DNA of 64,000 nt from Cyanobacteria bacterium P01_A01_bin.123 (GCA_039815185.1 JBCBZT010000016.1:72687-136686); one strand, 5' to 3'; positions 1-10,749 are shown, numbered from the stretch's first letter. A program made the numbers and translations. The notes: generated from the letters alone by a model not told the origin.

Positions 1-2
1 CC

Positions 3-3000
3 ATTATCAATATTGAAGGCAGCGACTCTACCATTTTTGATAACACGTTGGAGTTGTTGGCCCTGGCCGGACGCTCCTTGCCCCATGCGGTGATGATGAT
101 GATCCCAGAACCGTGGGCGGCCCATGAGTCTATGAGTCCGGAGAAGAAAGCCTTCTATGAATATCACGCTTGTTTGATGGAACCGTGGGACGGCCCCGCT
201 TCCATTGCGTTCACCGATGGCAACGTGATGGGTGCCGTACTCGATCGCAACGGTTTACGGCCTTCCCGCTACTACGTCACGAAAGACGACTTGGTGATCA
301 TGGCGTCCGAAGCTGGGGTTCTCCCCATTGAACCCGAGCGAATTGCCCACAAGGGACGGCTCGAACCGGGGCGGATGTTCTTGGTAGACATGAGTCAGGG
401 GCGCATCATTGCCGACGAAGAAATCAAGCAGCAGATCGTGACTGCTCGTCCCTATCGCCAGTGGCTTGACCAATATTTAGTGGAGCTTGCCGAGTTGGCA
501 ACCGTTCCAGAAGCCCCTGCTCCTGCGGCTTCTGAAGCACCGCTCCTGACCCGCCAAACCGCCTTTGGCTATACCTTTGAGGAATTGCGGCTGTTGCTCA
601 CCCCCATGGCCCAAAACGGGGTCGAGGCAATTGGAGCCATGGGCACCGATACCCCCCTGGCAGTGTTGTCCAATCGGCCCAAGCTGCTCTACGAATATTT
701 TAAGCAGCTGTTTGCCCAGGTGACCAATCCCCCGATTGACTCGATTCGGGAAGCCATTATTACGTCGCCAACCACCACGATTGGTTCAGAGCGCAATTTG
801 CTTCAGCCCGAACCCGAAAGCTGTCGCTTAATCAAGCTCAAAACGCCGATTCTCACTAATGCTGAATTGGCTAAGCTGAAGCACGGTGCGGGTGATTTTA
901 AGGCCGCTACCCTCTCAACCCTGTTTGATCCCAACCACGGAGAAGCCGGCATAGAAGCCGCGATCGCGTCTCTATGCCAAGCTGCCGACGCCGCGATCGC
1001 TGACGGCACCCATATTCTCATTCTTTCTGACCGGGGCTTAGATCAGGATCATGCGGCGCTCCCGGCCCTACTCGCCGTTGCCGGACTGCACCACCACCTG
1101 ATTCGCAACGGCACCCGCACCCGCGTGGGATTAGTTCTGGAGTCTGGGGAACCCCGAGAAGTGCATCACTGTGCGGTGCTGATTGGTTATGGCTGCGGCG
1201 CGATCAACCCCTACCTGGTGTTTGAAACCATCCAGGACATGATTACTGAGGGGCGTTTGCTCAATATCGACTATGTCACGGCCTGCAAGAACTACGTCAA
1301 AGCCGTCACCAAAGGGGTAATCAAAATTGGCTCGAAGATCGGCATCTCGACGATTCAGAGCTATCGCGGGGCGCAAATCTTTGAAGCCATTGGTCTCGAT
1401 CAGTCGGTGGTCGACAAATATTTCACCTGGACAGCGTCGCGCATCCAAGGGTCTAGCCTGGCCGTGATTGCCCAAGAAACCATCCTGCGCCATCGCCATG
1501 CCTTCCGCGATCGCGACATTAGCGAACCCCAAACCCTAGATGTGGGCGGCGAATATCAGTGGCGCAAAGACGGTGAAGCTCACCTACTGAGCCCCACCGC
1601 CATTCACAACCTGCAAAAGGCCGTCCGGGAAGGCAACTACGAACTCTATAAAACCTACGCCGCCGAAGTCAACGACCAGGGTAAAGCCTTCTTCCGCCTG
1701 CGCGATCTGCTGGAATTCAAACAGCGTGATCCCATTCCGCTAGACGAGGTGGAACCCGTGGAGGCGATCATGAAGCGCTTCAAGACCGGGGCAATGAGCT
1801 ACGGCTCCATTTCTAAAGAGGCCCACGAATCCCTCGCGATCGCCATGAACCGCATCGGCGGTCGATCCAATACCGGAGAAGGGGGAGAAGATCCCGAACG
1901 CTACACCTGGACCAATGAAAAAGGCGACTCTAAAAACAGCGCCATCAAGCAAGTCGCCTCGGGACGGTTCGGCGTGACCAGCCTTTATCTCTCCCAGGCG
2001 AAGGAACTGCAAATCAAAATGGCCCAGGGGGCAAAACCGGGCGAAGGCGGTCAACTGCCAGGGCGTAAGGTGTACCCCTGGATTGCCAAGGTACGTCACT
2101 CGACGCCAGGCGTGGGACTCATCTCCCCGCCGCCCCACCACGACATCTATTCCATTGAAGACCTGGCAGAGCTGATCCACGACTTGAAGAACGCTAACCG
2201 CGAGGCCCGCGTCAGCGTCAAGCTAGTGTCTGAGGTCGGCGTCGGCACCATTGCTGCTGGGGTGGCCAAGGCCCATGCTGATGTCGTGCTAATTTCCGGA
2301 TTTGACGGCGGTACCGGAGCCTCTCCCCAAACCTCCATCAAACACGCGGGTTTGCCGTGGGAACTGGGGCTAGCCGAAACCCACCAGACGCTAGTGTTGA
2401 ACAACCTGCGTAGCCGCATCGCTGTAGAAACCGACGGCCAAATGAAGACCGGACGCGATGTGGCGATCGCCACCCTGCTCGGAGCCGAAGAATATGGTTT
2501 CTCGACTGCGCCCCTGGTCAGCCTGGGCTGCATCATGATGCGGGTCTGCCACATGAATACCTGCCCCGTCGGCGTTGCCACCCAAAACCCCGATCTGCGC
2601 AAACACTTCATGGGCGACCCCGACTACGTCGTCAACTTCATGACCTTTATCGCCCAAGAAATGCGGGAGTGGATGGCCCAACTGGGCTTCCGCAGCGTCA
2701 ATGAAATGGTGGGGCGCACCGATGTACTCGAACCCAAAACTGCCATTGACCACTGGAAAGCCAAAGGCGTGGATCTATCCGCCATTCTCTATCAGCCGAA
2801 AGTGGGTCCAGAGGTGGGACGCTACTGCCAGATTCCCCAAAATCATGGCCTCGACAAGTCCCTGGATATCACCACCCTGCTCGATCTCTGCCAACCCGCT
2901 ATCGAACGGGGCGAAAAGGTCAGCGCTACCCTGCCCATCCGCAACACCAACCGCGTCGTCGGCACTATTTTGGGTAACGAAATTTCCAAACGTCATTGGG

Positions 3001-3734
3001 AAGGGCTCCCGGAAGATACCGTCCACCTGCACTTCCAGGGCAGTGCTGGGCAAAGCTTTGGGGCATTTGTCCCTAAAGGTGTCACCCTAGAACTTGAAGG
3101 CGACGCCAACGATTATTTGGGTAAGGGCTTCAGCGGTGGCAAGCTGCTGCTTTATCCCGACAAAGCCGCAACTTTTGTGCCCGAAGAGAATATCATCGCT
3201 GGGAATGTTGCTTTCTATGGGGCGACCGGGGGCGAAGCATACATTCGCGGGATTGCCGGGGAACGGTTCTGCGTACGTAATTCCGGGGTCCACGCGGTGG
3301 TAGAAGCAGTGGGCGATCACGGCTGTGAGTATATGACCGGCGGCAAAGTCGTCATTCTGGGCAAAACCGGGCGCAACTTTGCGGCAGGCATGAGCGGTGG
3401 CGTGGCCTACGTGTTAGACGAGTCCGGTGACTTTGCCACTCGTTGCAACACCGAAATGGTAGATCTCGAATCTCTGGTTGATCCAGAAGAGATCCGCGAG
3501 GTGCGCGAGATGATTGAAAAGCATCATCACTACACCGGCAGCACCCAAGCCAAGCAGGTGTTAGCTGCTTGGGAAACCACCTTGCCGAAGTTTGTCAGAG
3601 TCATGCCCCGCGACTATAAGCGGGTGTTGCAGCACATCCAAAAAGCGATCGCAGCTGGACTCAACGGCGACGATGCCCTCTCTGCGGCGTTTGAAGAAAA
3701 CGCCCGCGACATCGCCCGCATCAGCGGTAGTTGA
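3..3734 (+). CDS. gltB: Glutamate synthase large subunit (5' end lies before the window)
   Basis: Frame is open from position 3 ([17 protein letters not shown]). Motifs [46 protein letters not shown] and C-terminal GXGXG repeats. Confidence 0.97.
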   Translation: MINIEGSDSTIFDNTLELLALAGRSLPHAVMMMIPEPWAAHESMSPEKKAFYEYHACLMEPWDGPASIAFTDGNVMGAVLDRNGLRPSRYYVTKDDLVIMASEAGVLPIEPERIAHKGRLEPGRMFLVDMSQGRIIADEEIKQQIVTARPYRQWLDQYLVELAELATVPEAPAPAASEAPLLTRQTAFGYTFEELRLLLTPMAQNGVEAIGAMGTDTPLAVLSNRPKLLYEYFKQLFAQVTNPPIDSIREAIITSPTTTIGSERNLLQPEPESCRLIKLKTPILTNAELAKLKHGAGDFKAATLSTLFDPNHGEAGIEAAIASLCQAADAAIADGTHILILSDRGLDQDHAALPALLAVAGLHHHLIRNGTRTRVGLVLESGEPREVHHCAVLIGYGCGAINPYLVFETIQDMITEGRLLNIDYVTACKNYVKAVTKGVIKIGSKIGISTIQSYRGAQIFEAIGLDQSVVDKYFTWTASRIQGSSLAVIAQETILRHRHAFRDRDISEPQTLDVGGEYQWRKDGEAHLLSPTAIHNLQKAVREGNYELYKTYAAEVNDQGKAFFRLRDLLEFKQRDPIPLDEVEPVEAIMKRFKTGAMSYGSISKEAHESLAIAMNRIGGRSNTGEGGEDPERYTWTNEKGDSKNSAIKQVASGRFGVTSLYLSQAKELQIKMAQGAKPGEGGQLPGRKVYPWIAKVRHSTPGVGLISPPPHHDIYSIEDLAELIHDLKNANREARVSVKLVSEVGVGTIAAGVAKAHADVVLISGFDGGTGASPQTSIKHAGLPWELGLAETHQTLVLNNLRSRIAVETDGQMKTGRDVAIATLLGAEEYGFSTAPLVSLGCIMMRVCHMNTCPVGVATQNPDLRKHFMGDPDYVVNFMTFIAQEMREWMAQLGFRSVNEMVGRTDVLEPKTAIDHWKAKGVDLSAILYQPKVGPEVGRYCQIPQNHGLDKSLDITTLLDLCQPAIERGEKVSATLPIRNTNRVVGTILGNEISKRHWEGLPEDTVHLHFQGSAGQSFGAFVPKGVTLELEGDANDYLGKGFSGGKLLLYPDKAATFVPEENIIAGNVAFYGATGGEAYIRGIAGERFCVRNSGVHAVVEAVGDHGCEYMTGGKVVILGKTGRNFAAGMSGGVAYVLDESGDFATRCNTEMVDLESLVDPEEIREVREMIEKHHHYTGSTQAKQVLAAWETTLPKFVRVMPRDYKRVLQHIQKAIAAGLNGDDALSAAFEENARDIARISGS

Positions 3735-3735
3735 C

Positions 3736-3789
3736 CCGATCCCCCCGGCTACGCTACCCCCCTTATTAAGGGGGGCAGGGGGGGATCGG
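3736..3789. repeat. GC-rich palindromic dispersed repeat (REP-like), copy 1
   Basis: Outer inverted repeat CCGATCCCCCC/GGGGGGATCGG encloses CCCCCCTTATTAAGGGGGG. A similar copy lies at 10820-10868. Confidence 0.8.
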
Positions 3790-3875
3790 CTGGGTGTCGC
3801 CAATGATCAAATTTTTAACTCGCGTAACCCGCAACCAAACTCGCCTGAACATCACCCCTCACTAAGGACATCACC

Positions 3876-5360
3876 ATGGGAAAACCCACTGGATTTATGG
3901 AATATTTGCGGGAGGTCGCCTCAGAGGTCTCCCCGGTCGATCGGATTCGCAACTGGGATGAATTTCATCTGCCCATGCCGGATGAAAATCTGCAAACCCA
4001 GGGTGCTCGCTGTATGGATTGCGGCACGCCCTTTTGCCACACAGGCATGGAGATTAACCGTGCTGCCAGCGGTTGCCCGATTAACAACCTGATTCCCGAG
4101 TGGAACGATTTGATCTATCGGGGTCGCTGGCAAGAAGCCCTCGATCGCCTCCACAAAACCAACAACTTTCCCGAATTTACCGGGCGAGTTTGTCCTGCAC
4201 CTTGTGAAGGGGCTTGCGTACTGGGCATTACCAGCCCACCCGTGACCATTAAAAACATTGAGTATTCCATCGCTGAAAAGGGTTGGGAATCGGGCTGGAT
4301 CACCCCTAATCCCCCCAAGCAGCGCACAGGCAAGAAAGTGGCTGTAATTGGCTCTGGCCCCGCCGGACTCGCCGCCGCTGCCCAACTCAACAGTGCGGGC
4401 CACTGGGTCACCGTTTACGAACGTGCCGATCGCCCCGGTGGTTTGTTGATGTACGGCATCCCCAACATGAAGCTGGAGAAGCAGAAAGTCGTCATGCGTC
4501 GTTTGGACGTGCTGGAAGCCGAAGGCGTCACCTTTGTCTGCAACACCGAAATTGGCAAAGATCTACCCGCTGAGCAACTGGTGAAAGACTACGATGCTGT
4601 CTTGCTCTGCACGGGCTCTACTCGTCCTCGGGATTTGCCGATCGAAGGCCGAGACCTCAAGGGCATCCATTTTGCGATGGAGTTTCTCAAGGCCAATACC
4701 CAAGCCGTCATTGATCAGACTCCTGGTCGCGATTACATTTCTGCTGCGAGTAAAGATGTGGTGATTATTGGTGGGGGTGATACCGGTACAGACTGTGTTG
4801 GCACCTCCATCCGCCACGGCTGCCAGAGTCTGACCCAGCTCGAAATCATGCCCAAGCCACCCGCCGCGCGCGCGGCCAGCAACCCCTGGCCAGAGTGGCC
4901 CAAAATCTACCGCATGGACTACGGCCAAGAGGAAGCCGAGGCCATGTTTGGCAATGATCCCCGCGTGTATACCACCACCGCAACCCGGTTTGAAGGGGAC
5001 GCGCAAGGCCAGGTTAAAGCCGTTCATACGGTTCAGGTCGAATGGCTGCGGGACGAAAATGGGCGATTTACACCAACGCCTGTTCAAGGCACAGAGAAGG
5101 TAATTCCAGCCCAGCTGGTGCTGTTGGCGATGGGCTTCTTAGGCCCAGAACAGCCGTTGCTTGATGCGTTGGGTCTAGAGCGCGATGGTCGCAGCAATGT
5201 GAAGGCTGAGCATGAGCAATACACCACGAGTATTCCTGGGGTGTTTGCGGCGGGTGATTGCCGCCGGGGACAGAGTTTGGTGGTGTGGGCTTTTAATGAG
5301 GGGCGCGGTGCAGCGCGTGAATGCGATCGCTATTTGATGGGGGCAACTGAGCTACCCTAG
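3876..5360 (+). CDS. gltD: Glutamate synthase small subunit (NAD(P)H-dependent)
   Basis: MGKPTGF start, [51 protein letters not shown]. Confidence 0.97.
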   Translation: MGKPTGFMEYLREVASEVSPVDRIRNWDEFHLPMPDENLQTQGARCMDCGTPFCHTGMEINRAASGCPINNLIPEWNDLIYRGRWQEALDRLHKTNNFPEFTGRVCPAPCEGACVLGITSPPVTIKNIEYSIAEKGWESGWITPNPPKQRTGKKVAVIGSGPAGLAAAAQLNSAGHWVTVYERADRPGGLLMYGIPNMKLEKQKVVMRRLDVLEAEGVTFVCNTEIGKDLPAEQLVKDYDAVLLCTGSTRPRDLPIEGRDLKGIHFAMEFLKANTQAVIDQTPGRDYISAASKDVVIIGGGDTGTDCVGTSIRHGCQSLTQLEIMPKPPAARAASNPWPEWPKIYRMDYGQEEAEAMFGNDPRVYTTTATRFEGDAQGQVKAVHTVQVEWLRDENGRFTPTPVQGTEKVIPAQLVLLAMGFLGPEQPLLDALGLERDGRSNVKAEHEQYTTSIPGVFAAGDCRRGQSLVVWAFNEGRGAARECDRYLMGATELP

Positions 5361-5431
5361 ACAACAGCAAGCGATTGCGCTGACAGTTCTTATTGATCAA
5401 ATCCTGGTAGTCAGTCTTAGAGGGTAGCGGT

Positions 5432-5734
5432 GTGGCAACGGACATGCTCAAGCGTAGCGCTGTCTTAGCAGCGCTGCGTCAACTCAAGCCAATATTGGTT
5501 AAGGAGTACGGTGTTACTCGTTTAGGCATTTTTGGCTCGGTTGCCAGAGGCGAAGCGACCGAGAGCAGCGACGTGGATGTGGTGGTGGAGATGTCTCCTG
5601 ATTTGTTCAGGATGGTGCATCTTAAAAGCTATCTTCAGGAAAGCCTCCAGATACCAGTTGATTTGGTGAGGTACCGCCCTGACATGAACAATTTCTTGAA
5701 ACAGCGCATAGAACAAGAAGCCATGTATGTCTGA
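5432..5734 (+). CDS. Minimal nucleotidyltransferase (MNT/MntA-type antitoxin)
   Basis: 100 aa with GIFGSVARGEATESSDVDVVV (GS-x10-DxD motif) and C-terminal PVDLV...RIEQEAMYV. Confidence 0.9.
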   Translation: MATDMLKRSAVLAALRQLKPILVKEYGVTRLGIFGSVARGEATESSDVDVVVEMSPDLFRMVHLKSYLQESLQIPVDLVRYRPDMNNFLKQRIEQEAMYV

Positions 5735-5798
5735 TTTAGCCCTGCTGCAAAAACTAGGATCCGCAGCGATCGCACTATTAGGGTTTAGGTTGGAATAG
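5727..5798 (+). pseudogene. Probable truncated HEPN toxin remnant
   Basis: The ATG overlaps the MNT stop (ATGTCTGA), as in MNT-HEPN pairs. It encodes only 23 aa (MSDLALLQKLGSAAIALLGFRLE), running through a HIP1 site into a repeat. Confidence 0.5.
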
Positions 5799-5860
5799 TC
5801 AACTCAGGATTGGATATCAACGGTAAATGGTGTTGGGTTTTATGCTTCGACCTAACCTAC
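5786..5860. repeat. Degenerate cyanobacterial REP-like element (TAGGTTGG...TGTTGGGTTT...CCTAACCTAC)
   Basis: Imperfect terminal inverted repeat (7/8) with internal TGTTGGGTTT. Flanked by HIP1 sites at 5766-5773 and 5869-5876. Confidence 0.5.
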
Positions 5861-5916
5861 AAGATCAGGCGATCGCACTGTCTTAATAGTTAAGATGATC
5901 AAAAAGGGGACTCTTG

Positions 5917-6660
5917 ATGAAGCTTTGTATTGCTCAGACTTTGTCAAAAAAAGGTGACATTGAAGCAAATTTGGAAAATCACCTTAAGTTGATTGATTTG
6001 GCAATTTCTTGTGAATCTGATTTGGTTATTTTCCCGGAGCTGTCGTTGACCAATTATGAGCCAGAGCTTGCCAAAGAATTAGCCACTCATATCGATGACC
6101 CTAGATTAGATGTCTTACAGAATATTTCGGATATAAATTGTCTTACGATCGGAGTTGGGATACCCATAGTCAATGACGCGGGTATCTCTATTTCAATGAT
6201 TGTTTTCCAGCCAAATAAACCTCGTGGAATATACTCGAAAAAGTACTTGCATTCAGACGAAGAAGAATTTTTCATCAGTGGAAATAGTAGTCTAGAAATT
6301 CTTGAGTCAGAACACAATGTTGGTTTGGCTATTTGTTACGAGCTATCCGTTCCAGTTCATGCTGACGCTGCTTATCAGAAAGGTGCAGACATCTATTTTG
6401 CCAGTGTAGCGAAGACGCCAAATGGGGTGGAGGATTCTATGACAAAGCTTTCGGGAATAGCAAGGAATTTTTCTATGGTTGTTCTTATGTCTAACTGCGT
6501 AGGTGAGTGTGAGGGAACCGAGGCCGGTGGAAGGTCGTCCATTTTCAGTCGTGCCGGAGAGCTAGTTGCCCAACTCGATGATAAGAATGAAGGTATATTG
6601 GTCTATGATACGGTTGCGGGCTCAGTTGTTAAGAAACAAGTGGCGCGAGCACAACGTTAA
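5917..6660 (+). CDS. Carbon-nitrogen hydrolase (nitrilase superfamily)
   Basis: Catalytic triad motifs FPEL, YSKKYL and AICYE. Visibly AT-rich. Confidence 0.9.
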   Translation: MKLCIAQTLSKKGDIEANLENHLKLIDLAISCESDLVIFPELSLTNYEPELAKELATHIDDPRLDVLQNISDINCLTIGVGIPIVNDAGISISMIVFQPNKPRGIYSKKYLHSDEEEFFISGNSSLEILESEHNVGLAICYELSVPVHADAAYQKGADIYFASVAKTPNGVEDSMTKLSGIARNFSMVVLMSNCVGECEGTEAGGRSSIFSRAGELVAQLDDKNEGILVYDTVAGSVVKKQVARAQR

Positions 6661-6677
6661 TTTGACCCGACCGCCCA

Positions 6678-7424
6678 TTAAACAAGGCTCTGTATACACT
6701 CAAAATCAGTCTGCTCTAAGGGCAATGTAGGTTGCTGACGATAATCAACCGTCAGATCTAGAGCTGCTGATTGATACACAACTTGAATCAATTCATTGAG
6801 ATCAATCGCAGGTTCTTGAACACCCGATCGGAGTGGAATTTCAAAACAGGGCGACGGGTCACACAGATTAAAAGGATAAAGTTGCGCAATCGGGCGTTGT
6901 TCAACCCGACTGACAAGCACCCAGTAATCCGAAGTCTTACCATAGTTTATCGGCAGCGGTTCTCCACCGCGCAACAAATCAATTTCGACTAAATGGCTCT
7001 GACTACTGAGAACTTTAGTGCGTTTACTGAGATATTGATTACGGCCTTCTCCTGAACGTTTGTTTTTCGGAAACAAAACCTCAATAACAGTGACCACTTC
7101 TCCAGTAGCAATTGCTCGGATTTCCAAGTAGCGTTCGACCGTTGCAGCCAATTCTGGCAATTCAACCAGAACTGGCTGACTCAAAGTCACTGTCGATGTT
7201 TGGAGTTCAACCTGTGAAGCGGCCTGTTGTCGCACCACGGATACATCAGGTGCGTCTACTAAAACTGATTCCTCATATACTCGCTTTTCAACGGCTGCTC
7301 GATATTTGGGTGTAATGTGTAAATTCAGCATTCTCGCCAATTCCACAATCAACCAAGCGTGAACCTCCGACCAAAGCGCGGGGGATTCTAGATAAGGGTT
7401 TATGCCAGGGAAAGGCGATCGCAT
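6678..7424 (-). CDS. DUF4058 family protein
   Basis: MRSPFPGINPYLE..LWSEVH, ERYLEIR, HLVEIDLLRGG. Confidence 0.85.
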   Translation of the reverse strand: MRSPFPGINPYLESPALWSEVHAWLIVELARMLNLHITPKYRAAVEKRVYEESVLVDAPDVSVVRQQAASQVELQTSTVTLSQPVLVELPELAATVERYLEIRAIATGEVVTVIEVLFPKNKRSGEGRNQYLSKRTKVLSSQSHLVEIDLLRGGEPLPINYGKTSDYWVLVSRVEQRPIAQLYPFNLCDPSPCFEIPLRSGVQEPAIDLNELIQVVYQSAALDLTVDYRQQPTLPLEQTDFECIQSLV

Positions 7425-7492
7425 CAGTAGCCCTCACCCAAGAGGAATGCTCAGCTATCCACCATCGTAGCTGACAAGCCCAGGTGAAAAAC

Positions 7493-7789
7493 TCAACTAG
7501 CAATACGCCTTACTTTTCGGGTGCATCGACGAGACACCCAACCGCCACTGGTCAACTTTATCCAGCCATTGGCATAATCGCCGCTAGGACAAAATACCGT
7601 TTTGTTGGCCAAGCTAGACACAACGTCATATTTCAAGCCAGGGCCAGATCTAACTTTGAGTGAGCGACCATAGGTGGCGACTCGTAGCATTGGAGTATCT
7701 GCGATTGAGCCAAGATCTGAAGACGCAGAGTTTGCTGTTCGAGGCGACTCGTATTGCACAGCGTATTGAAGTAGGGCGTAACTTTCCAA
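7493..7789 (-). CDS. Small bacterial SH3-domain protein
   Basis: AGGAGG precedes a TTG at 7789. SH3b-like LKVRSGPGLKYDVV...NGWIKL..GGWVS. Confidence 0.7.
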   Translation of the reverse strand: MESYALLQYAVQYESPRTANSASSDLGSIADTPMLRVATYGRSLKVRSGPGLKYDVVSSLANKTVFCPSGDYANGWIKLTSGGWVSRRCTRKVRRIAS

Positions 7790-7949
7790 GGGAGACCTCC
7801 TGATTGAAGACCGTAAGGGGCAATGGGTCAACACATTAAAAAAGGCACAGTCAAACTGCGCCTTTCCATGTATTTCAAAACGTTCCACTATCAATCAGGA
7901 TGAAGCTTAGATAAACCCTAATGCGGGGTTAGCGGCTTCAAGTCACGTC

Positions 7950-9122
7950 TTAATATTCTGGTACGGAGGCATCGACTTCTCGGCTCCAAGCGGTAATGCC
8001 ACCTTTGACATTGGTGCCTTCAATGCCCGACTGCTTGAGAATGGCCAAGGCCTTAGCCGAACGCCCACCCATCTTGCAGTGAGCGATCAGCTTATGGCCG
8101 TTGAGCACTTCTTTGACCTGTTCAACCCCATTGCCATTTTCGATATCGGGTAAAGGAATCAACACCGAACCGGGGATTTTGGCGATGTCGTATTCATTGG
8201 GGTTGCGCACATCCAATAACACATAGTCATCTGCACCACGATCGAGCAGGGCTTTTAGCTCTTGCACCGTCATTTCAGACAATTCAGCTTGTTGTTTGGC
8301 TTCTTCCATTTTGGCTTGGGGAATTCCACAAAAGACTTCGTAGTCGATCAGCTTTTCAATTACGGGACGTTCGGGGTTGGGGCGTAGCTTCAGCTCCCGG
8401 AAAGTCATATCTAAAGAGTTATACAGCAACAACCGCCCGTTCAGGGTTGTGCCTTCACCCAAAATGATTTTGACCGTTTCGGTTGCTTGAATCACGCCAA
8501 TTAAACCGGGCAAAATCCCTAGCACGCCCCCTTCTGCACAGGAGGGCACTAAACCCGGCGGCGGGGGCTCGGGATAGAGGTCTCGGTAATTGGGGCCACC
8601 TTCGTAATTAAATACGGTTGCCTGGCCTTCAAAGCGATAAATAGAGCCATACACGTTGGGCTTATCAAGCAACACGCAGGCATCGTTGACCAGGTAGCGG
8701 GTAGGGAAGTTATCGGTGCCGTCCACAACGATGTCGTAGGGGCGCATAATATCCAGCGCGTTTTCTGAGCTGAGGCGAGTCTCGTAGAGGTCAACTTTGC
8801 AGTTGGGATTGATCTCCAAAATACGATTCTTCGCCGATTCAATTTTGGGTTTGCCCACCCAGGACGTCCCGTGGATCACCTGGCGCTGGAGGTTAGACTG
8901 ATCGACCACATCGAAATCTACAATGCCGATGTGGCCAATGCCGGCAGCAGCCAGATACAGCAGTAAGGGAGAACCTAAGCCCCCAGTACCCACACACAGG
9001 ACGCTGGCGGCTTTGAGTTTTTTCTGCCCATCTAAACCGACTTCGGGCAAAATCAGGTGGCGGGAGTAGCGTTCGTACTCCGCTTTGGTGAGTTGAATAT
9101 CATCCAGATTGGGATTGAGCAT
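7950..9122 (-). CDS. moeB: MoeB/MoeZ adenylyltransferase with C-terminal rhodanese domain
   Basis: RYSRHLIL, GTGGLGS, SNLQRQ, DGTDNF, PSCAEGGVLG and rhodanese HCKMGGRS. Confidence 0.95.
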   Translation of the reverse strand: MLNPNLDDIQLTKAEYERYSRHLILPEVGLDGQKKLKAASVLCVGTGGLGSPLLLYLAAAGIGHIGIVDFDVVDQSNLQRQVIHGTSWVGKPKIESAKNRILEINPNCKVDLYETRLSSENALDIMRPYDIVVDGTDNFPTRYLVNDACVLLDKPNVYGSIYRFEGQATVFNYEGGPNYRDLYPEPPPPGLVPSCAEGGVLGILPGLIGVIQATETVKIILGEGTTLNGRLLLYNSLDMTFRELKLRPNPERPVIEKLIDYEVFCGIPQAKMEEAKQQAELSEMTVQELKALLDRGADDYVLLDVRNPNEYDIAKIPGSVLIPLPDIENGNGVEQVKEVLNGHKLIAHCKMGGRSAKALAILKQSGIEGTNVKGGITAWSREVDASVPEY

Positions 9123-9393
9123 GGCGATCGCTTGAGCGCTTGAGTATCAGTCAGATTGAGGGGTAAGGAAAGATGAAAACAGATTCTAAACCCTGACCAC
9201 ATCCGACCCAACAGTTTTACCTGGTCTAACAACTCAGGTTTTCAAATCGGACGTGGCTTATTATTATCACTCCATCATGGCATTCTCTATCATTTTTGTA
9301 GCAGGGGGCAATCGTAAGGATGACATCTGACAGCACAATTGAAGGCGCTGGGCGTTGAGCCTAAGGCATAGTGGGGATGATTAGCTTACTGCG

Positions 9394-9876
9394 TCACTGT
9401 AGTTTAGTGTCTACGGCGATCGCTTCTTCTACAAACTGCTGATTTTCATCCAAACACCAGCTTTTCAAATCCACTGGGTGTCCCTGTTCTACGGAAACAA
9501 TGATGTAGGAATAGTCAGACCAGGCCAGGCGGCGATCGCATTCGGACGGCACCGCCGGATGATCGGGATGGGAATGATAGACCCCGATAATGTTCAGGCC
9601 GCGATCGCGGGCCTCCCGTTGAACCTGTAATAAAGCTTTAGGATCGATCCAATAACGGCGACGCCGATCAAAATCTGGTGCTTCGCCAAGCCCAGGTTCA
9701 GTCAGATCGCTAACCTCAGCCGACCAGGTATTCTCCACTCGCACAACGTCTTCAACCTGTCTTGTCACTGCTTCAGGCACCAGCGTACCCAGTAGCAATC
9801 CACAGCATTCCTGGGGATACACCTCGATAGCATGGGTGCGAATGGTTTGACGTTGTAGCTCAGTGAGTATCAACAC
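9394..9876 (-). CDS. JAB/Mov34 (M67, Mec-like) metallopeptidase
   Basis: YPQECCGLL and the JAMM motif YHSHPDHPAVPSECD. Confidence 0.92.
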   Translation of the reverse strand: MLILTELQRQTIRTHAIEVYPQECCGLLLGTLVPEAVTRQVEDVVRVENTWSAEVSDLTEPGLGEAPDFDRRRRYWIDPKALLQVQREARDRGLNIIGVYHSHPDHPAVPSECDRRLAWSDYSYIIVSVEQGHPVDLKSWCLDENQQFVEEAIAVDTKLQ

Positions 9877-9948
9877 GACTAGAGCAGCCTCGAATTCGGC
9901 AGTGGAGCAGGCTTTTTATAGCCGTAGCCACAAAGCTTTGTGCGCTAG

Positions 9949-10014
9949 GCGGGCCAGATTGCTTGTACGCTGAGCATCCCAGCAATACTAGGCGCATTAA
10001 GCAATCTGGCCCGC
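9949..10014. repeat. Perfect 16-bp inverted repeat (long hairpin)
   Basis: GCGGGCCAGATTGCTT (9949-9964) and AAGCAATCTGGCCCGC (9999-10014). Confidence 0.85.
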
Positions 10015-10068
10015 GCTATAACTCAGGATACTTGCTGGAAGGGATTCAGAATGGCTCGAGGCACAACC

Positions 10069-10749
10069 TCAAAGACCGCCTTCGGAAGGCCATCGCAGCC
10101 AGTTAACTGCCTCATCCAACGAGGAAAAAATATGGGCTGCGATCGCTTTTGACTCCGCCGATGGCGTTTGTAGATCCGGCACCATAATCACTGGAATTCC
10201 AGCCGCGTGGGCCGCCTTCACCCCCGCGTTAGAATCCTCAAACACCAGACAGTCTTGGGGTGCAACGCCTAATCTATCCAGGGCCATCAAAAAAATATCC
10301 GGGGCGGGTTTACCTGCCCCGGCTTGATCCACCGTCACAATCGTTTTGAAGCGGTGGAAAATACCTGCCGTCTTGAGACTCAAGTCTGCCTCTTTCCATT
10401 CGCTAGACGTGCCCACGGCTTTAGGGATTTGATGCTGCTCCAAAAAATCTAGCAGTTCTAGCAGGCCAGGTTTGATAGCAACACCCGTAGTCTTCACCTG
10501 CTGTTCCCAAAACTCACCCCAAAGCTGACGAAACCGCAACACCGGGAAACCGTCGCCGTAGGTTTGGCAAAAAACGACCTCAACCTCCCGATTACTACGA
10601 CCCACTAGGGAACCATATAGCTCATCGCTAAGGCTATAGCCCAACGCCGCCCCCGCCCGTTGCCAAGCAGCCTTGAAGATCACCTCGCTATCCAGCATTA
10701 AGCCGTCCATGTCAAAAATGACGGCGGTGGGTAAGGAAGAAGACCACAT
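10069..10749 (-). CDS. HAD-superfamily phosphatase (CbbY/beta-PGM-like)
   Basis: FDMDGLMLDSE, KPAPDIF, FEDSNAG. Confidence 0.9.
   Translation of the reverse strand: MWSSSLPTAVIFDMDGLMLDSEVIFKAAWQRAGAALGYSLSDELYGSLVGRSNREVEVVFCQTYGDGFPVLRFRQLWGEFWEQQVKTTGVAIKPGLLELLDFLEQHQIPKAVGTSSEWKEADLSLKTAGIFHRFKTIVTVDQAGAGKPAPDIFLMALDRLGVAPQDCLVFEDSNAGVKAAHAAGIPVIMVPDLQTPSAESKAIAAHIFSSLDEAVNWLRWPSEGGL

Noticed and set aside
255..5087. Many antisense and alternate-frame ORFs over gltB/gltD, and similar ones over r-protein genes and ycf45
   Set aside because: Shadow ORFs of conserved genes with no recognisable motifs.
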